Notes: generated by a model not told the origin, from the sequence alone. Positions 36,100 through 49,001 are shown, counted from the first letter of the stretch. The stretch is 64,000 nt of DNA from Vairimorpha necatrix (GCA_036630325.1 CP142727.1:62001-126000), one strand, 5' to 3'. Numbers and translations: made by a program.

Positions 36100-37159
36100 G
36101 GCGCTACTTAAAAATTCGCACCCCCCTAAAAAAAATTACATTGACCAATTAAATTTATATAAAAAAAAATATTTTTAACCCTTAAAATTATATTTAAAAC
36201 AATATTTTTATGAAAATATGAATTTACAAAAGTTAAAATATTTAAAAAAACAGTTATAACATATTATTTAGTTCAAAAATTTAATTACTTTAACATATAA
36301 AAAATATCAATTATTTTTACGAAGGCTAATTTGATTGTAAATGGTTTGAATATTCTATATTTTCGGCGCTACTTAAAAATTCGCACCCCCCTAAAAAAAA
36401 TTACATTGACCAATTAAATTTATATAAAAAAAAATATTTTTAACCCTTAAAATTATATTTAAAACAATATTTTTATGAAAATATGAATTTACAAAAGTTA
36501 AAATATTTAAAAAAACAGTTATAACATATTATTTAGTTCAAAAATTTAATTACTTTAACATAGAAAAAATATCAATTATTTTTACGAAGGCTAATTTGAT
36601 TGTAAATGGTTTGAATATTCTATATTTTCGGCGCTACTTAAAAATTCGCACCCCCCTAAAAAAAATTACATTGACCAATTAAATTTATATAAAAAAAAAT
36701 ATTTTTAACCCTTAAAATTATATTTAAAACAATATTTTTATGAAAATATGAATTTACAAAAGTTAAAATATTTAAAAAAACAGTTATAACATATTATTTA
36801 GTTCAAAAATTTAATTACTTTAACATAGAAAAAATATCAATTATTTTTACGAAGGCTAATTTGATTGTAAATGGTTTGAATATTCTATATTTTCGGCGCT
36901 ACTTAAAAATTCGCACCCCCCTAAAAAAAATTACATTGACCAATTAAATTTATATAAAAAAAAATATTTTTAACCCTTAAAATTATATTTAAAACAATAT
37001 TTTTATGAAAATATGAATTTACAAAAGTTAAAATATTTAAAAAAACAGTTATAACATATTATTTAGTTCAAAAATTTAATTACTTTAACATAGAAAAAAT
37101 ATCAATTATTTTTACGAAGGCTAATTTGATTGTAAATGGTTTGAATATTCTATATTTTC
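36100..37159. repeat. Four near-identical 265-bp tandem units, each beginning with the Merlin TIR
   Basis: Units start at 36100, 36365, 36630 and 36895. The only difference noticed is ATATAAAA vs ATAGAAAA. Confidence 0.95.
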
Positions 37160-38019
37160 TTTTTTCCTTTTAAACTCATCTAACCAACATTTAATTCTTA
37201 TTTTATTTATTCCTCCACGCTTTCTATAATCATGCTTAAGATGCGACCACATATTTTCTACATAATTTGTATTTTGTCCTACTTCATTACAAAATCCCAT
37301 AGAGTGATTTACCACACTATGGTGAGAACCAAATTCACTTATAGCACGTGGATAGGATGGATAACCATCAGTTACTATATCCGTGCCTACTTTTACATAT
37401 TTTTTTAATACTAGTAAAATCGTTTCCCATTTTCTATTGGGTATTAGTTCCACAAAAAACTCTCTACAATTTCCTTCCAACACACCTCCTATTATCCACT
37501 GAATTCCAGGTTCAGAATCCAATCGACTAGACGGATTCGATACTATAATTCCATTACAAATAGCTGTTTCGTCTATTTGTATCCTCTGACCAACTTCACC
37601 TATCGTTGTAACAACAGTAGAACACTTAGAAATTGTTTCCATTATTATTTCTTTTACAGAAATATATGTTGGTTCAGAAGTTTCACACATGTTGATGGCC
37701 TGAAAATTAGTATATGACAAACACCAACAATAAATGCAACGAAGAATTTTTTTAAATTCAATATCTAAAGATTCAAATTTAGACCTTTATTTAATGAACA
37801 TCTTCGTTTACAAATTTTTTTGCTACATTTGTACCCCTTTCCTTGAGAAAACAAAGATATGTTTTAAATAAACATAATTCCTTTCCACTGATCATTAGTA
37901 CAGGGAATACAAGGATATAACAAGTTGTTCTTCAATCCGTAGTCGATTGCCCTGTCATTATCAGTGAAAATAGGATTGTATGGATTGAATTGAAGCATTT
38001 CGTCCATCATCCTGTTCAT
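37121..38019 (-). pseudogene. Merlin/ISXO2 DDE transposase, disrupted in its N-terminal third
   Basis: IQIDET, IVTDGYPSY, VNHS and TNYVENMWSHLK. The ATG at 38019 follows CCCTTATA. Stops and a frameshift lie upstream of 37720. Confidence 0.88.
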
Positions 38020-38470
38020 TATAAGGGATAGATAAAATAAAAAATTTCACGTTCAAAATACCATTACTTAAAAATTCGCACCCCCCGGAAAAAAAATCCT
38101 TTAAAATTTGATTTTATCTCATTTTATACCAAATAATTTTTTTTCAGTGAACGTATTTTTTAGGGGGGTGCGAATTTTTAAGTAGCGCCAATTAATTACT
38201 ATATCACTCCAAGTCATTGTGGAGGGATAATTTTGGGCTTAAGTTTGTAAAATATATAATAAATATTTACCACAGATAAAAAATAAGTAAAAAAAATATT
38301 TAAACAAGAACTGGATAATCAATAATAGAACAGATAGATTATATTCGAGATATAGGAGCTATTTTAAAAATTCCTTTCTAAAAGGTACAAGTTTTGTGTA
38401 CCATCTAGATATATTAAAAACAAGATACGAGTTGATATGTTTTAGATTACCATATTTATATGAATATTTT

Positions 38471-41400
38471 TGACGTAGTCCAGAGGAGCTACCTCTGGAT
38501 AAATATAGTTCGATGTAATTAATGATTTTATTGTTATTGAATAAGCCTCGTTGGGCATCTGTTACGGGATACTGATCCCTGGCTTGGTAGCCCTTCCTTG
38601 GTCTATGTTCCCAAGGGTAATGATCGTTAGTTTGTTTCATGATCCGGTGGGGGTCAGGGCAAAAAAGAAATAAATATTCGATTTTTGGAATAGACCGGTC
38701 GAATGGTCTATTTTCCAAAAAGGGAAAATTGATAAAATAAAAATAAATATTTTGTGGTATTTATAATACCACATTCTACCCCCTCTAAAACTTTATGTTC
38801 TTAACATGTATCCATTCGTGGATTCCATTGACCTTTATCCACTTTCCTTTAGACCCTACTTGCGTGATTCTTCGCTTCCTCCGATATTTCCGCTCTAGCT
38901 TTTTGGCTGTTAAATTTCTTACATATACCATGTCTCCTATTCTGTGTTTAACTGCAATTGGTATATGTTTTATCTCCCGCATTCGTATTGGTCTTTTCAA
39001 TGGATCGTAATATTCCTTTCCCGTCAAAGCAGCATTGGGTGAACATCCAATAGTCCTGTTGTAGTTATTGTTGATTACCCATTCGCACTTCTCAACTGCT
39101 GTATGTATGTTTTCACCTTTCATAATAGATAGTATAAACGATGTGGTACGGTTTATTGACTCTGAGATACCATTTGAACTTGGTGTATAAGTTGGAATGC
39201 GTAAATGTCTTATGTCTGATTCCTTTAGATATTGTTCCAACTCTTTGCTTATATATTGTTTTCCATTATCAGTTATTAGTACGGACGGTTTAGATTCCGT
39301 GACTTCCATCCAATTGTTTACTGCTTGAATAATTTCTTCCCCTCTTATTTTATACGATAAGTAGACCTTTGTGTATCTAGTTTTTATATCAGTAATTGTG
39401 ATTAAAAATGCCTTTTCGTGTTTGCCTTTATGTTTAAAGTTATCTAGGCTAAATGGACCATATATGTCCGAACTAATTCTTTCTAACTTGTTTTCTGACC
39501 ACATAGGGGCTCCTACCTCTCTTTTAGTAAATGTTAATTTGTATCCTTTGCATTTTTTGCAATCTTGTACTACTTGTTTGATTTTCTTCAATAAGTAAGG
39601 GACGTAAAAAAATTTCCTTAAGTTGTTATACATTGTCGTGATCCCTCTATGTCCTTGATTATGGTGGATTTTCTGTAACCAGTACTTTACCTTGGTTGAT
39701 CTGATGTATATCTTACCTTGTTTGTTTGTTTTTATCCTTTGGCCTTTGTCTCTTATTACTGCGTCTTTGACAATTTTTATGTATTCATCCTCATTAGGTT
39801 GAACCATTGTGAAACATCTTGATAAGTTATCTGCAATGATGTTTTCTTTACCTTCAATGTGTATTAATTTATGGTTAAATTCATTTATAATAAGTTTCCA
39901 TCGACTCATTCTTGAAGTCTCGAGCTTTGGGCGGTGTAAGCAGTTTTTGCTATCTGTTCTTACTTCTACAAAATTTCCTTGTAAGATGCTTTTGAAATGG
40001 ATTAGTGATAGAAGGATTCCAAGATATTCCTTTTCTACAATGCTGTAATTTAATTCGACTTTTCCAAATTTTTTGCTGAAATATCCAATTGGTCCATCTT
40101 CTTGGTATAAGACACTACCTATTCCTGTGTCCGAAGCGTCGCATTCTAAGACGAATGATTTAGTGTAATCTGGGCAAATTAACTTTGCACGTTTCTCAAT
40201 AAATTCACTTATTTCTTTGATGATATTTTGAATATGTTGAGTTGATTCTATCTTTGCTCCTTGTTTTAGCATATCCGTGATAGGTAGTAATTTTGTTGAT
40301 AATTTTGGCAAAAATTTTCTATACCATCCAATCGTACCTAAGAGTTTTTGTACATCTCTTTTTGTTTTAATTCTTCTTTCTAAGATTTCTTTAGGAATAA
40401 TTTTATTAGCTGGAAATACTCCTTCAGCATTAATAACATTTCCTAGTACCGTTATTTCATTTTTCATAAAGTTGCTTTTTTCAAAATTTATTTTTACATT
40501 TTTTTCTTTAAGTTTATTTAGAACTTTAATAATTAGATCGTTATGTTCTTCCTTTGTCTTTGAGAATAAGACAATGTCATCTATATACACGAAGCAATTG
40601 TCCACTTCGTGTAATATTTCAGTAATGTATCTTTGAAAAATTTTCGGCCCAGGTTTAATACCAAAGGGTACACGTTTGTACCTGTATTGGGCTCCCATTA
40701 TCATAAAGGAGGTCAAATCTCTACTTTCCTTGCAATCTTAATTTGGTTAAATCCGTTCTTTAGATCTATTTGAGAAAAGTATTTGTTCTTTCCCATTCTG
40801 AGTATACAATCGTCTATTCTAGGGATTGAGAAAATGTCATCAGCGATGTGATCGTTTATATCTTTAAAATTTATCACTAATCTCAACTCTCCGGTTTTCT
40901 TTTCTACAAAATATCCAGGACTTGCAAACGATGCTCTCGATTTTTCGATAATGTTTTCATCCAGTAATCTTCTTACTTCCTTCCTCGCAGCTTCGTGATA
41001 TTTAAACGCAATGTTGTAGAATTTGTGACGCGTCATATTCAGTTTCTTTATTATGGTGAACTTGGCTTCATCCATTTTCATATAAGAGAAATTATCATTA
41101 AGCTTTTGATATTTTTTAAGGTGGGATATATGAAGTTCATTAGGAGTAGACGCGTAAAGTAAATTATTTAATCTTTCGTTTAACACTTCGTCTGTGTTTG
41201 GAATTGCGTCCATAAAAGGAATTTCCTCTTCATGTATCCTCAATGACTGACTTGTAAAGTTAATTGTTGCTTTGTTCTCGCTTAACCAATCTGATCCTAG
41301 TAGTAAATCTACGGGACAATCTTGTATAACATAAAAGTCGGCATTGGCAGTTATGCTTGGGGTGAAAGTTATCTTTATTGTAACTTTGGAGGTAATTGTT

Positions 41401-42681
41401 TTTTTGTCTCCATTTCCAAATATCGTGGTGAAAGGTTGGCAAGACTGAGTTTTATGGTCATGTTGATTAATTACTCGTTCACTTATAAAGTTGAAATGTG
41501 AACCTGTATCGATCAAGAATAAATGATGTATTGTCTGAATTTTTCCAATTATTTTTACTTCTCTTTTTCCGCTCCTGTTTCCTAGTTGAATCACCATGTT
41601 ATTTCCTTTATTTCGTCCTTCATCTTGTTTCGATATATTTTTAGTAACCTGTAGGTTGTTACGTAGCCTGCAGTTTCTGGTATCATGGGAAAAACTTTTG
41701 TGCGTGCTACAGTAGGTCGTTCTTGACTTGGTCTGGTTTCGTTGTTCGTTGTAATTACCTGCACTTTCATTCCGCTTCCCTAACTGAGATAGAATGCCTG
41801 ATTCGAGATTTTTTAGATATTCTATCACTTCTAAGGTGCTTCTAGTGTTTACTTCATTCTTATACAGCTCCATTTCTGTTTGTTCACCCAGTCCTCTAAA
41901 AAATACTTCTGAGAACTTTCTCTCTGACTCCTGCTTACTTAATCTGTTGATAAAGCTATAAGCATCCAACTTTAGGGAAATATCCTTTATATAGTCTTCT
42001 AGATATCGATAGTTGCATTGTTTTACATCTTCAAGCTCTTGTGTAATCCTAAATTTCATGTTTCGGGGATATGCCATTTCAAGTAAGGCCATTCTCAATT
42101 TTAAATATGACGTGTTTTCTTTCGCAGTTTGGAAGTGATCACCAACACACAAACTTCCATAAATTAAACCCATCTGTTCGTCGTTCCATCCATTGGCCTG
42201 TGCTAGCCTCTCAAACCTTTCCAGTTGCTTCATTGTGATCTCGGAATTCTTCTTTATGATATTAATCTTTTCTTTACATATGACTTCGGTTCCTTTAATT
42301 TTCATGTCAAATTCTCTATATTCGCCGTTTGCGAATTTATCATCATTATTATTCTTTAGTCCGTCTTTGAATTCAAAATGACGTAGTCCAGAGGAGCTAC
42401 CTCTGGATAAATATAGTTCGATGTAATTAATGATTTTATTGTTATTGAATAAGCCTCGTTGGGCATCTGTTACGGGATACTGATCCCTGGCTTGGTAGCC
42501 CTTCCTTGGTCTATGTTCCCAAGGGTAATGATCGTTAGTTTGTTTCATGATCCGGTGGGGGTCAGGGCAAAAAAGAAATAAATATTCGATTTTTGGAATA
42601 GACCGGTCGAATGGTCTATTTTCCAAAAAGGGAAAATTGATAAAATAAAAATAAATATTTTGTGGTATTTATAATACCACA
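38471..42681 (-). mobile_element. Ty3/Gypsy LTR retrotransposon, full length (4211 bp)
   Basis: 303-bp TG...CA LTRs at 38471-38773 and 42379-42681 with no differences seen, 5-bp TSD ATTTT, PPT AGAGGGGGTAGAA abutting the 3' LTR, and PR-RT-RH-IN order. Confidence 0.97.
38785..42548 (-). pseudogene. Gag-Pol polyprotein with one frameshift inside RT (~40730)
   Basis: Knuckle-like CSTHKSFSHDTRNC, protease LIDTGS, RT DLKNGFNQ / VPFG / YIDD, RNase H CDASD, integrase HHCC + DDE (SSDI, ITDNG, NGISE). Adding one base restores IAKESRDLTSF. Confidence 0.9.
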
Positions 42682-42717
42682 ATTTTAATATAAATATATT
42701 TTTAGATTTCTACTAAA

Positions 42718-45700
42718 ATGAGGGTAAGGACAGAGCAGAAAGAAGAAACCGAAAAAATTACAAAACAAACCTCTATAGCAAACATAGACAAAGTAGACAC
42801 AGAAGAGAAAGAACAGGGGCCAGAACACACTAGTGTGCCCACTCAATCCACTTCTGAGACTCTTGCAGCAGTACTTGTGAGTACCGAAGCGAGTGAAGAA
42901 GAGTGGCCTCAAAGAGTATTTCTATCAATCATAAATAGATTTGGTAGAATGCCAAGAGGAGGGTGGAATAAAGCTACCGAGTTCTTCTGTGGAAAATTTA
43001 TGTCTAACATGAGTTCACTAGAATTCAAGGGCAAAGCGGAGAAAGCACTCACTAGTAATAGTGGTAGACAAATGACAGCCCGGGAATTCTTAGTGAACCC
43101 TACCAAAAGAAGAAAAGCCGAAGCTGGCTCGAAAGAAGGGATTAGTCTCTTTGAAACCGAGCTCTTCCTGAAAGCACAAAAATTGTTCTTGGAGAAACTC
43201 AGTTGTATTCAGAACACATGTGTGGACCAGGTAGAAAGAACAAGGAAGATTTCTTCCTTGAAGGTTGATCTGTTGAAACTTGATGCTACAGTCAAGGCGG
43301 TAGATAGTCATGTTAGATACCACCCCCCTCATAACATGACAGAGATGGCAAGGATACTGCAAGCTGCACAGATCTGCTATCAGGAAATGGCCAGTAAGAA
43401 GCCTAAACCTTCGTCTTGGAAAGAAAGTATCTTGAAAAAGATTACTGAGATCAAAGACAAGGTAGTGCTTATCAAAAAGGCCAGGGCTTTTGATAAACTC
43501 TCAAATGAGGAAAAGCGTGAAGTCAAGAAGGTAATGCGTGAACTCAACATGCTTGCATGCTTACACCGAGATACTTCTGAAGCTATTGCTATACTCAACG
43601 AGAGGAAAGCCATATAATCAAGGAAGCTAGAGGTCGCAGACCGACGCAGAGAGTATAGGCGTGAAAATCAAAACTTTGAGCTATATAGAAGCAATTTCTA
43701 TAGAAAACTCAAGTGTGCCAATGAGGTTACTCATAAAGTAAGTAAAGAAGATATTAGTTCATTCTGGTCTACCATGTGGAATAAGAAAGAGCAATCCGAA
43801 GACTGCAATAGTTTCGAGGAGTATCTTCTAGAATACATTCCTGATAGCCAAGATCAGATCACTTTCCCAACCTTGCAAGAATTTGTAGATATTATTAAAT
43901 ATTTACCAAATTGGAAGGCTGCAGGCTGTGATGGAATCTTCAATTTCTTTATTAAGAAGTGTGAAGCTCTACATCCATTCCTTTACAAGATTGTTAAGGA
44001 AGTATGCTTGGATGGGAAAGAACCCGAAGCTTGGTTCTACAAGGGGATTACTTATTTAATACCCAAAGGTACCCCCACTAGTGGTAATGATTTCAGGCCT
44101 ATTACCTGTATGTCGAACCTCTACAAGCTTACAACGAAATGCACTACGAAAGTAATGCAGCCAATTGTAGAAAGTAGAGGGCTACTAGCAGAGAACCAAC
44201 TAGGGACAGTTAGACAAGTCCAAGGAGCAAAAGAGCAAGCTATGGTTAATATAGCAGTCAATAAGGAGCATGGAAACAAGCTGAAGACTATGTGGATAGA
44301 TGTAAAGAAAGCCTACGACTCCGTAGACCATTCTTATCTATTAACATGTATTAGCAAGTTGAATCTCCCTCAATGAATAAGTAAATTCTTAGAAGCCACG
44401 GTTAAAAGGTGGCACATTGAGATAAAATCAGGATCGGAAACGATACTGAATAAGAAGATTGAAAGAAGCATATTACAAGGTGATTCCTTGTCGCCGCTTT
44501 TGTTTGTACTATGTATGGACCCGTTGAGCAGGAAACTGAATTCAACTTACCCAAAAGTAGGAATACAGACTCACGAAAGTGTTTATGTAACAAACCATCT
44601 TCTTTTTATTGATGATCTTAAGCTCCTCGCAGAGAACGATGACGTTTTAAAACTGATGAAAGAGGAAACTAAAAAGGTTTTCTCTGCTGTAGGTTTAGAA
44701 ATGAACAGGAGTAAGTCTGCAACTAACTGTAGTGATTGTAGTGAAGATGCATTAGTACTAGAAGGGCATCAAGGATACAAATACCTTGGAATAACAGAAG
44801 ATGCCTCTAGTGCTATCAAAAGAGAGACTTTTGAAAAAGTGAGAAGTGAGATCCCACAGAGGGTTGAAAAACTGTGCAAGACTCAATTAAATGTTAAGAA
44901 TATGATTCGAGCTATAAACGAGCATGCAATATCAGTAATAAACTACCATGTAGGATTATTAAAATTAGAACCAATAGATTTCAAAAGTCTCGATTTTGAT
45001 ATCCGACAGGTACTTATCAAGTACCAGGTCCATCTACAGCCAGCCTGCAAGGAAAGACTATACCTTTCTAGATCCTAAATGGGTAGAGGCCTCATAAGTA
45101 TCGAAGATAGAAGCGAATGTATGCTTCTGAATATTTATAAAGCGTTAGATGGGTCTAGAAATAGCTCACTAAGACGGGCAGCGATACTTAAAGTAGAGGC
45201 GGAGAGCAAATCCCACTTGTTTACAATAAACGAGTATCTAAGGATTAGGTATAGCTTTGTAGGAGAGATAACCCAGAAGATGCTAATAGAATCCCAAAAA
45301 GAGGCGCTTTACAACAAAATTAACATAAGGACAAACCATGGAAAGTTGTTTAAAGCTAGGGACAATGATTTAGTAAGCATTAGGGACTCTTCTACCTGGC
45401 TGGTTAAAGGAAACAATCAGGCTAGATCCGAAGCAATTTACTGCTTCCTACAGGATAGAAATATCTTCTGTGGACAAGAGGGACAATGTCCCCATTGTGG
45501 ATCTCATAGGAAGACCGTGGATCATTTAGCTACCAAGTGTGATCGAATGTTGGGTTTTGATTATATGAAAAGACACAACGAGGTAGTTAGATGCATTCAT
45601 CTCTTACTATGTATTAAATATGGGTTTAAGAAGACAAAGAAAATACGTGGACACTCAGTACAAGAGATCATGGAAAATGATCGTGCAGAAATAAGAGTAG

Positions 45701-46155
45701 ATACGAGAATATCCACTAATATAAAGGTAACCCATAATAAGCCTGATATTCTTGTGTTTGACAAGAAGAAGAAAGAAATTTTAATAGTTGAAGTTGGTAT
45801 AACCAACCAGGATCGACACACAATAGTTAAGAATGAAAAACTAAGAAAATATGACCTTCTTGCAAATGAACTGGGACTAATACATAAATTCCAGACAAGA
45901 ATAATTCCTTATGTAATGCCATGGGATGGAGTGGTGACCAAATATCACAAAAAGTACATCAGGATCCTAAAAAACCAACCCTACCTAGAAGTATATATCC
46001 AGTCTATTGTGATGAAGAAGACTCTAGAGTCCATCTCTTTGGAACGACGACGAGGATACGATCAGGAGGATGCAGGAGAAGAAGAAGTGGCTAGAGCTGT
46101 AAGCGCACTAGCGAATATGGTGACTGTTAAAGATGGTGTCGGCAAAGGGGAATGA
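42718..46155 (+). pseudogene. Single ~1145-codon RT-RLE ORF with three in-frame stops
   Basis: ORF pieces 42718, 43774, 44488 and 45079 are all in the same frame. Stops are at 43615 (TAA), 44374 (TGA) and 45076 (TAA); the gaps translate without stops. Confidence 0.9.
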
Positions 46156-46301
46156 AGCTGCTAAAGTGAAGTTGGAAAACATTAATAATTCCACAGAAAC
46201 CAAAGTCTGTGAAGAGCTGAATCCCATGAGCGATACCGGGGAAAGCTGTGCTATGAACATCTAATCTTAATGATAAATTAACTCAATAAATCTTTTATAA
46301 C
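42718..46301 (+). mobile_element. Non-LTR retrotransposon, R4/Dong-like (RT + restriction-like endonuclease)
   Basis: 15-bp TSD TAGATTTCTACTAAA (42703-42717, 46302-46316). Single frame with RT (NWKAAG.DG, FRPITC, QGDSLSP, NHLLFIDDLKL), CCHC (CPHC...HLATKC), RHN and PD..D...IVEV. Confidence 0.93.
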
Positions 46302-49001
46302 TAGATTTCTACTAAATGATAATATGTAGTTACATTGAAATAGTTGACGATTCATATAAGATAGAACTAATTTTGAATAATAAGAGAAAATCTTTTGTAA
46401 AAGTTGTGTAAATATAAGCGTCATATTGAAAATATAAAAGATAATTCTAATTTACTAGACAAACTCATTGAGTTAAAAATTAAAAATATTTAGTTTTGTA
46501 TGAAGTCATAAAAATTGGGATATAGAATATGTTTTAAACACATAAGTGGCAAACTTTTCTCAAATTTATCAAATTCAGTAATAAATAAAGCTAGTGAAAC
46601 ATGATTTGATTTGACTAAAATATAAATAAAAATTTAATTTTTTGTGCTGAGATTATAAGTCTATCGAAAATAAAACAAGAAAAAACTCATAATAAATAAA
46701 TTGTGCTCAATTAATACGCCAATTGCAACTATCAAAATTTAAAAGGTCTTAATAATTATTTTAAGCCTAAGAAAGTTATCAAATAGATATAAGCAGACTC
46801 AAACATTTTTTTCTCAATTTGCAAATTATTTTAAAAACATACAACATATTTGCACTATACATAACTATGTTATTTACTAACAGATTAAAACTTCATTTAA
46901 ATACGACGACTTATGCAGAATTATTATTATGTCGAGCACCGTAAAAAAATACCTTAAACAAATTTAACGAAACCATAGTTAACTTATAAGAAATAATAGC
47001 AAAAAAACTAAGTTTGCAAGATTTTCGTTTCTTCAACCAAGTCGCTCTTATTTTGTACTTATATGTATATCATTAACCACCGTTCATATGCAATAGTGCT
47101 GAATATAGAAGCTGTACTGAGCCATATACACAGACAAGGACCCTATAAATGACTTTAGAAAGCCTGATGATGGTCAGAGGCCGAGGTATAAAATCTAAAA
47201 TGTATTAGGCTGGAAATGGAAAAGCAGAATAGAAAGATGTAAGAACAGCTCCGCAAGAAAAGATAAATACCAATCTATACACTAATTAAGTTTCTGTATT
47301 AGAATTAGAGCTATATTGAAAGGTAATTGTTTTTTTGTTGTTATTTGTGTATATACATATTTATATATTGTTTTATGGATATTTTTTTTCCATAGTAAAA
47401 CTGTAGTGTTGAAATAATAACAAGTACATTCACTAGTTCTTTGAGTTTTGTTATATATATTTTATAAGTTTTATTTGTTGTAATGGTTCATTGTTCAATA
47501 AATAAAAAATTAAAGTTAGATACAAAGCGCATAAAATTTAAAATATAAGACAACAAAAAATGAGAAATCATAAAATTTTAACTGTTGCTATATTATACGC
47601 AACGTGGAATGTAAAAATTATTATCCTTAATTGTTTTTAGATTTACTGTGAACATATGCTGTATTTAATATCATACAAAACGTTAACTCAACCAATTGTT
47701 TAATTTTTTTTAAGGATACAGATAAATGGTCGTTTTTATGTTAATCATACATTTAATGTATAGATGTAAACCTCTGAAACAACTATTGGAGTTTTTGCTT
47801 AAAAATCATATATATATAAATGAGCAATGAAGTTTTTATGTATATGTTAGACAATTATTTGAAAATATAAAGGAAAAAATGCTTAGTTATGATTGATTTA
47901 AGTACATGAAATTTGTTATATCAAATACGAAGAAGGCATATATATATTTATGTTAATCTTGAATTATTAATACAGTTCATAATAAATATAAAATAATTTT
48001 TATGGAAAAATACTATATATATAACGATCCCTAACCAAAAACAAACTTTTTGAAAAAATTTCGATTGTGATTTACACATGAAAAGTCTCTTTTGTGGAAT
48101 TTTACATAATATTAACATATAAAAAATTTATGAAAATATTATAATAGGTCTTTAATAATGTAAGTCAAAAAAAATTTCGCATATTAAAAATTTCAAAACC
48201 TTTTTTTAATTTTTTAAACTCTTTTTATAGCACGGATTCTTATTCTTTTGCTTACATGTAAATGAAGAAACTTCATTATCTATAAAATATAATGATACAC
48301 ATAATGTCGCGTTTTGTTTGTGAATAATACACGTTATACATACATGATAGATAATCCTGCACATTTTTTTTGGCAATATCTTAACAACCTAAATTATTAG
48401 CATCGCTAATTTTATTTGCTTAACAAAAAATTTAAGGAGTATTATAAATAATCATTGATAAAGAAAATAAAAATAGGAAAAACCATCTAAAAAATAACTA
48501 TTTATGCTATGTAGTAATAATTATAATCATTTATGTAAATATTTAATAATAACAACAGAAAGTTTTATAAAAATAACAGTTTCGATACACTTCTTTATAA
48601 CAGATTCTTAGTTATAATTTTAATAAATATATTATGAGAATCTTATTTCAATAAAACTACTTTCTAATAGTATTATATCGTTTTAAAACCAAATCAAAAT
48701 AAATATTTGTTTTTTCAATTAAATTTAGTGAAAAGTTAAAAGGATTTTTTAATAATTATAAAAATATGTTTATTTACCATAGTTTCGTTATTTGTAGATT
48801 TATTAGATTCAATTTTGATCTCACATTTTCTATGATTATTACGTCATCATAGCCAAACACATTAAATTTGTGCAATCTTTATACCACGTAAATTTAATAA
48901 AATGAATATTCAACATGAAATTATCATAGTTTTATACTATAAATATATTATTATATTGTAAAAAAAAACACAAGAATAGATATGATTTTTTTGCCCTTAT
49001 T

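Larger units (their letters stand above)
36100..38189 (-). mobile_element. Merlin (ISXO2) DNA transposon with tandemly amplified terminus
   Basis: TIR GGCGCTACTTAAAAATTCGCACCCCCC at both ends and 8-bp TSD AATTAATT (36092-36099, 38190-38197). Confidence 0.93.

Noticed and set aside
36100..37159. Regularly spaced repeats as a CRISPR array
   Set aside because: The whole 265-bp units are identical with no unique spacers, they derive from a Merlin end, the genome is eukaryotic, and there are no cas genes.
38218..38470. Longer 3' LTR ending at the TGTGG at 38218
   Set aside because: This stretch is not repeated at the other LTR and gives no TSD. The 38471 boundary gives TG...CA and a matching ATTTT TSD.
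38359..38718. 119-aa ORF as an independent gene
   Set aside because: It is the LTR copy of the gag 5' frame running into flanking DNA.
42718..46155. Stop-codon readthrough or alternative genetic code in the LINE ORF
   Set aside because: The stops are of mixed type (TAA, TGA, TAA) and each is reachable by a single substitution, and host genes use the standard code. These are ordinary nonsense mutations.
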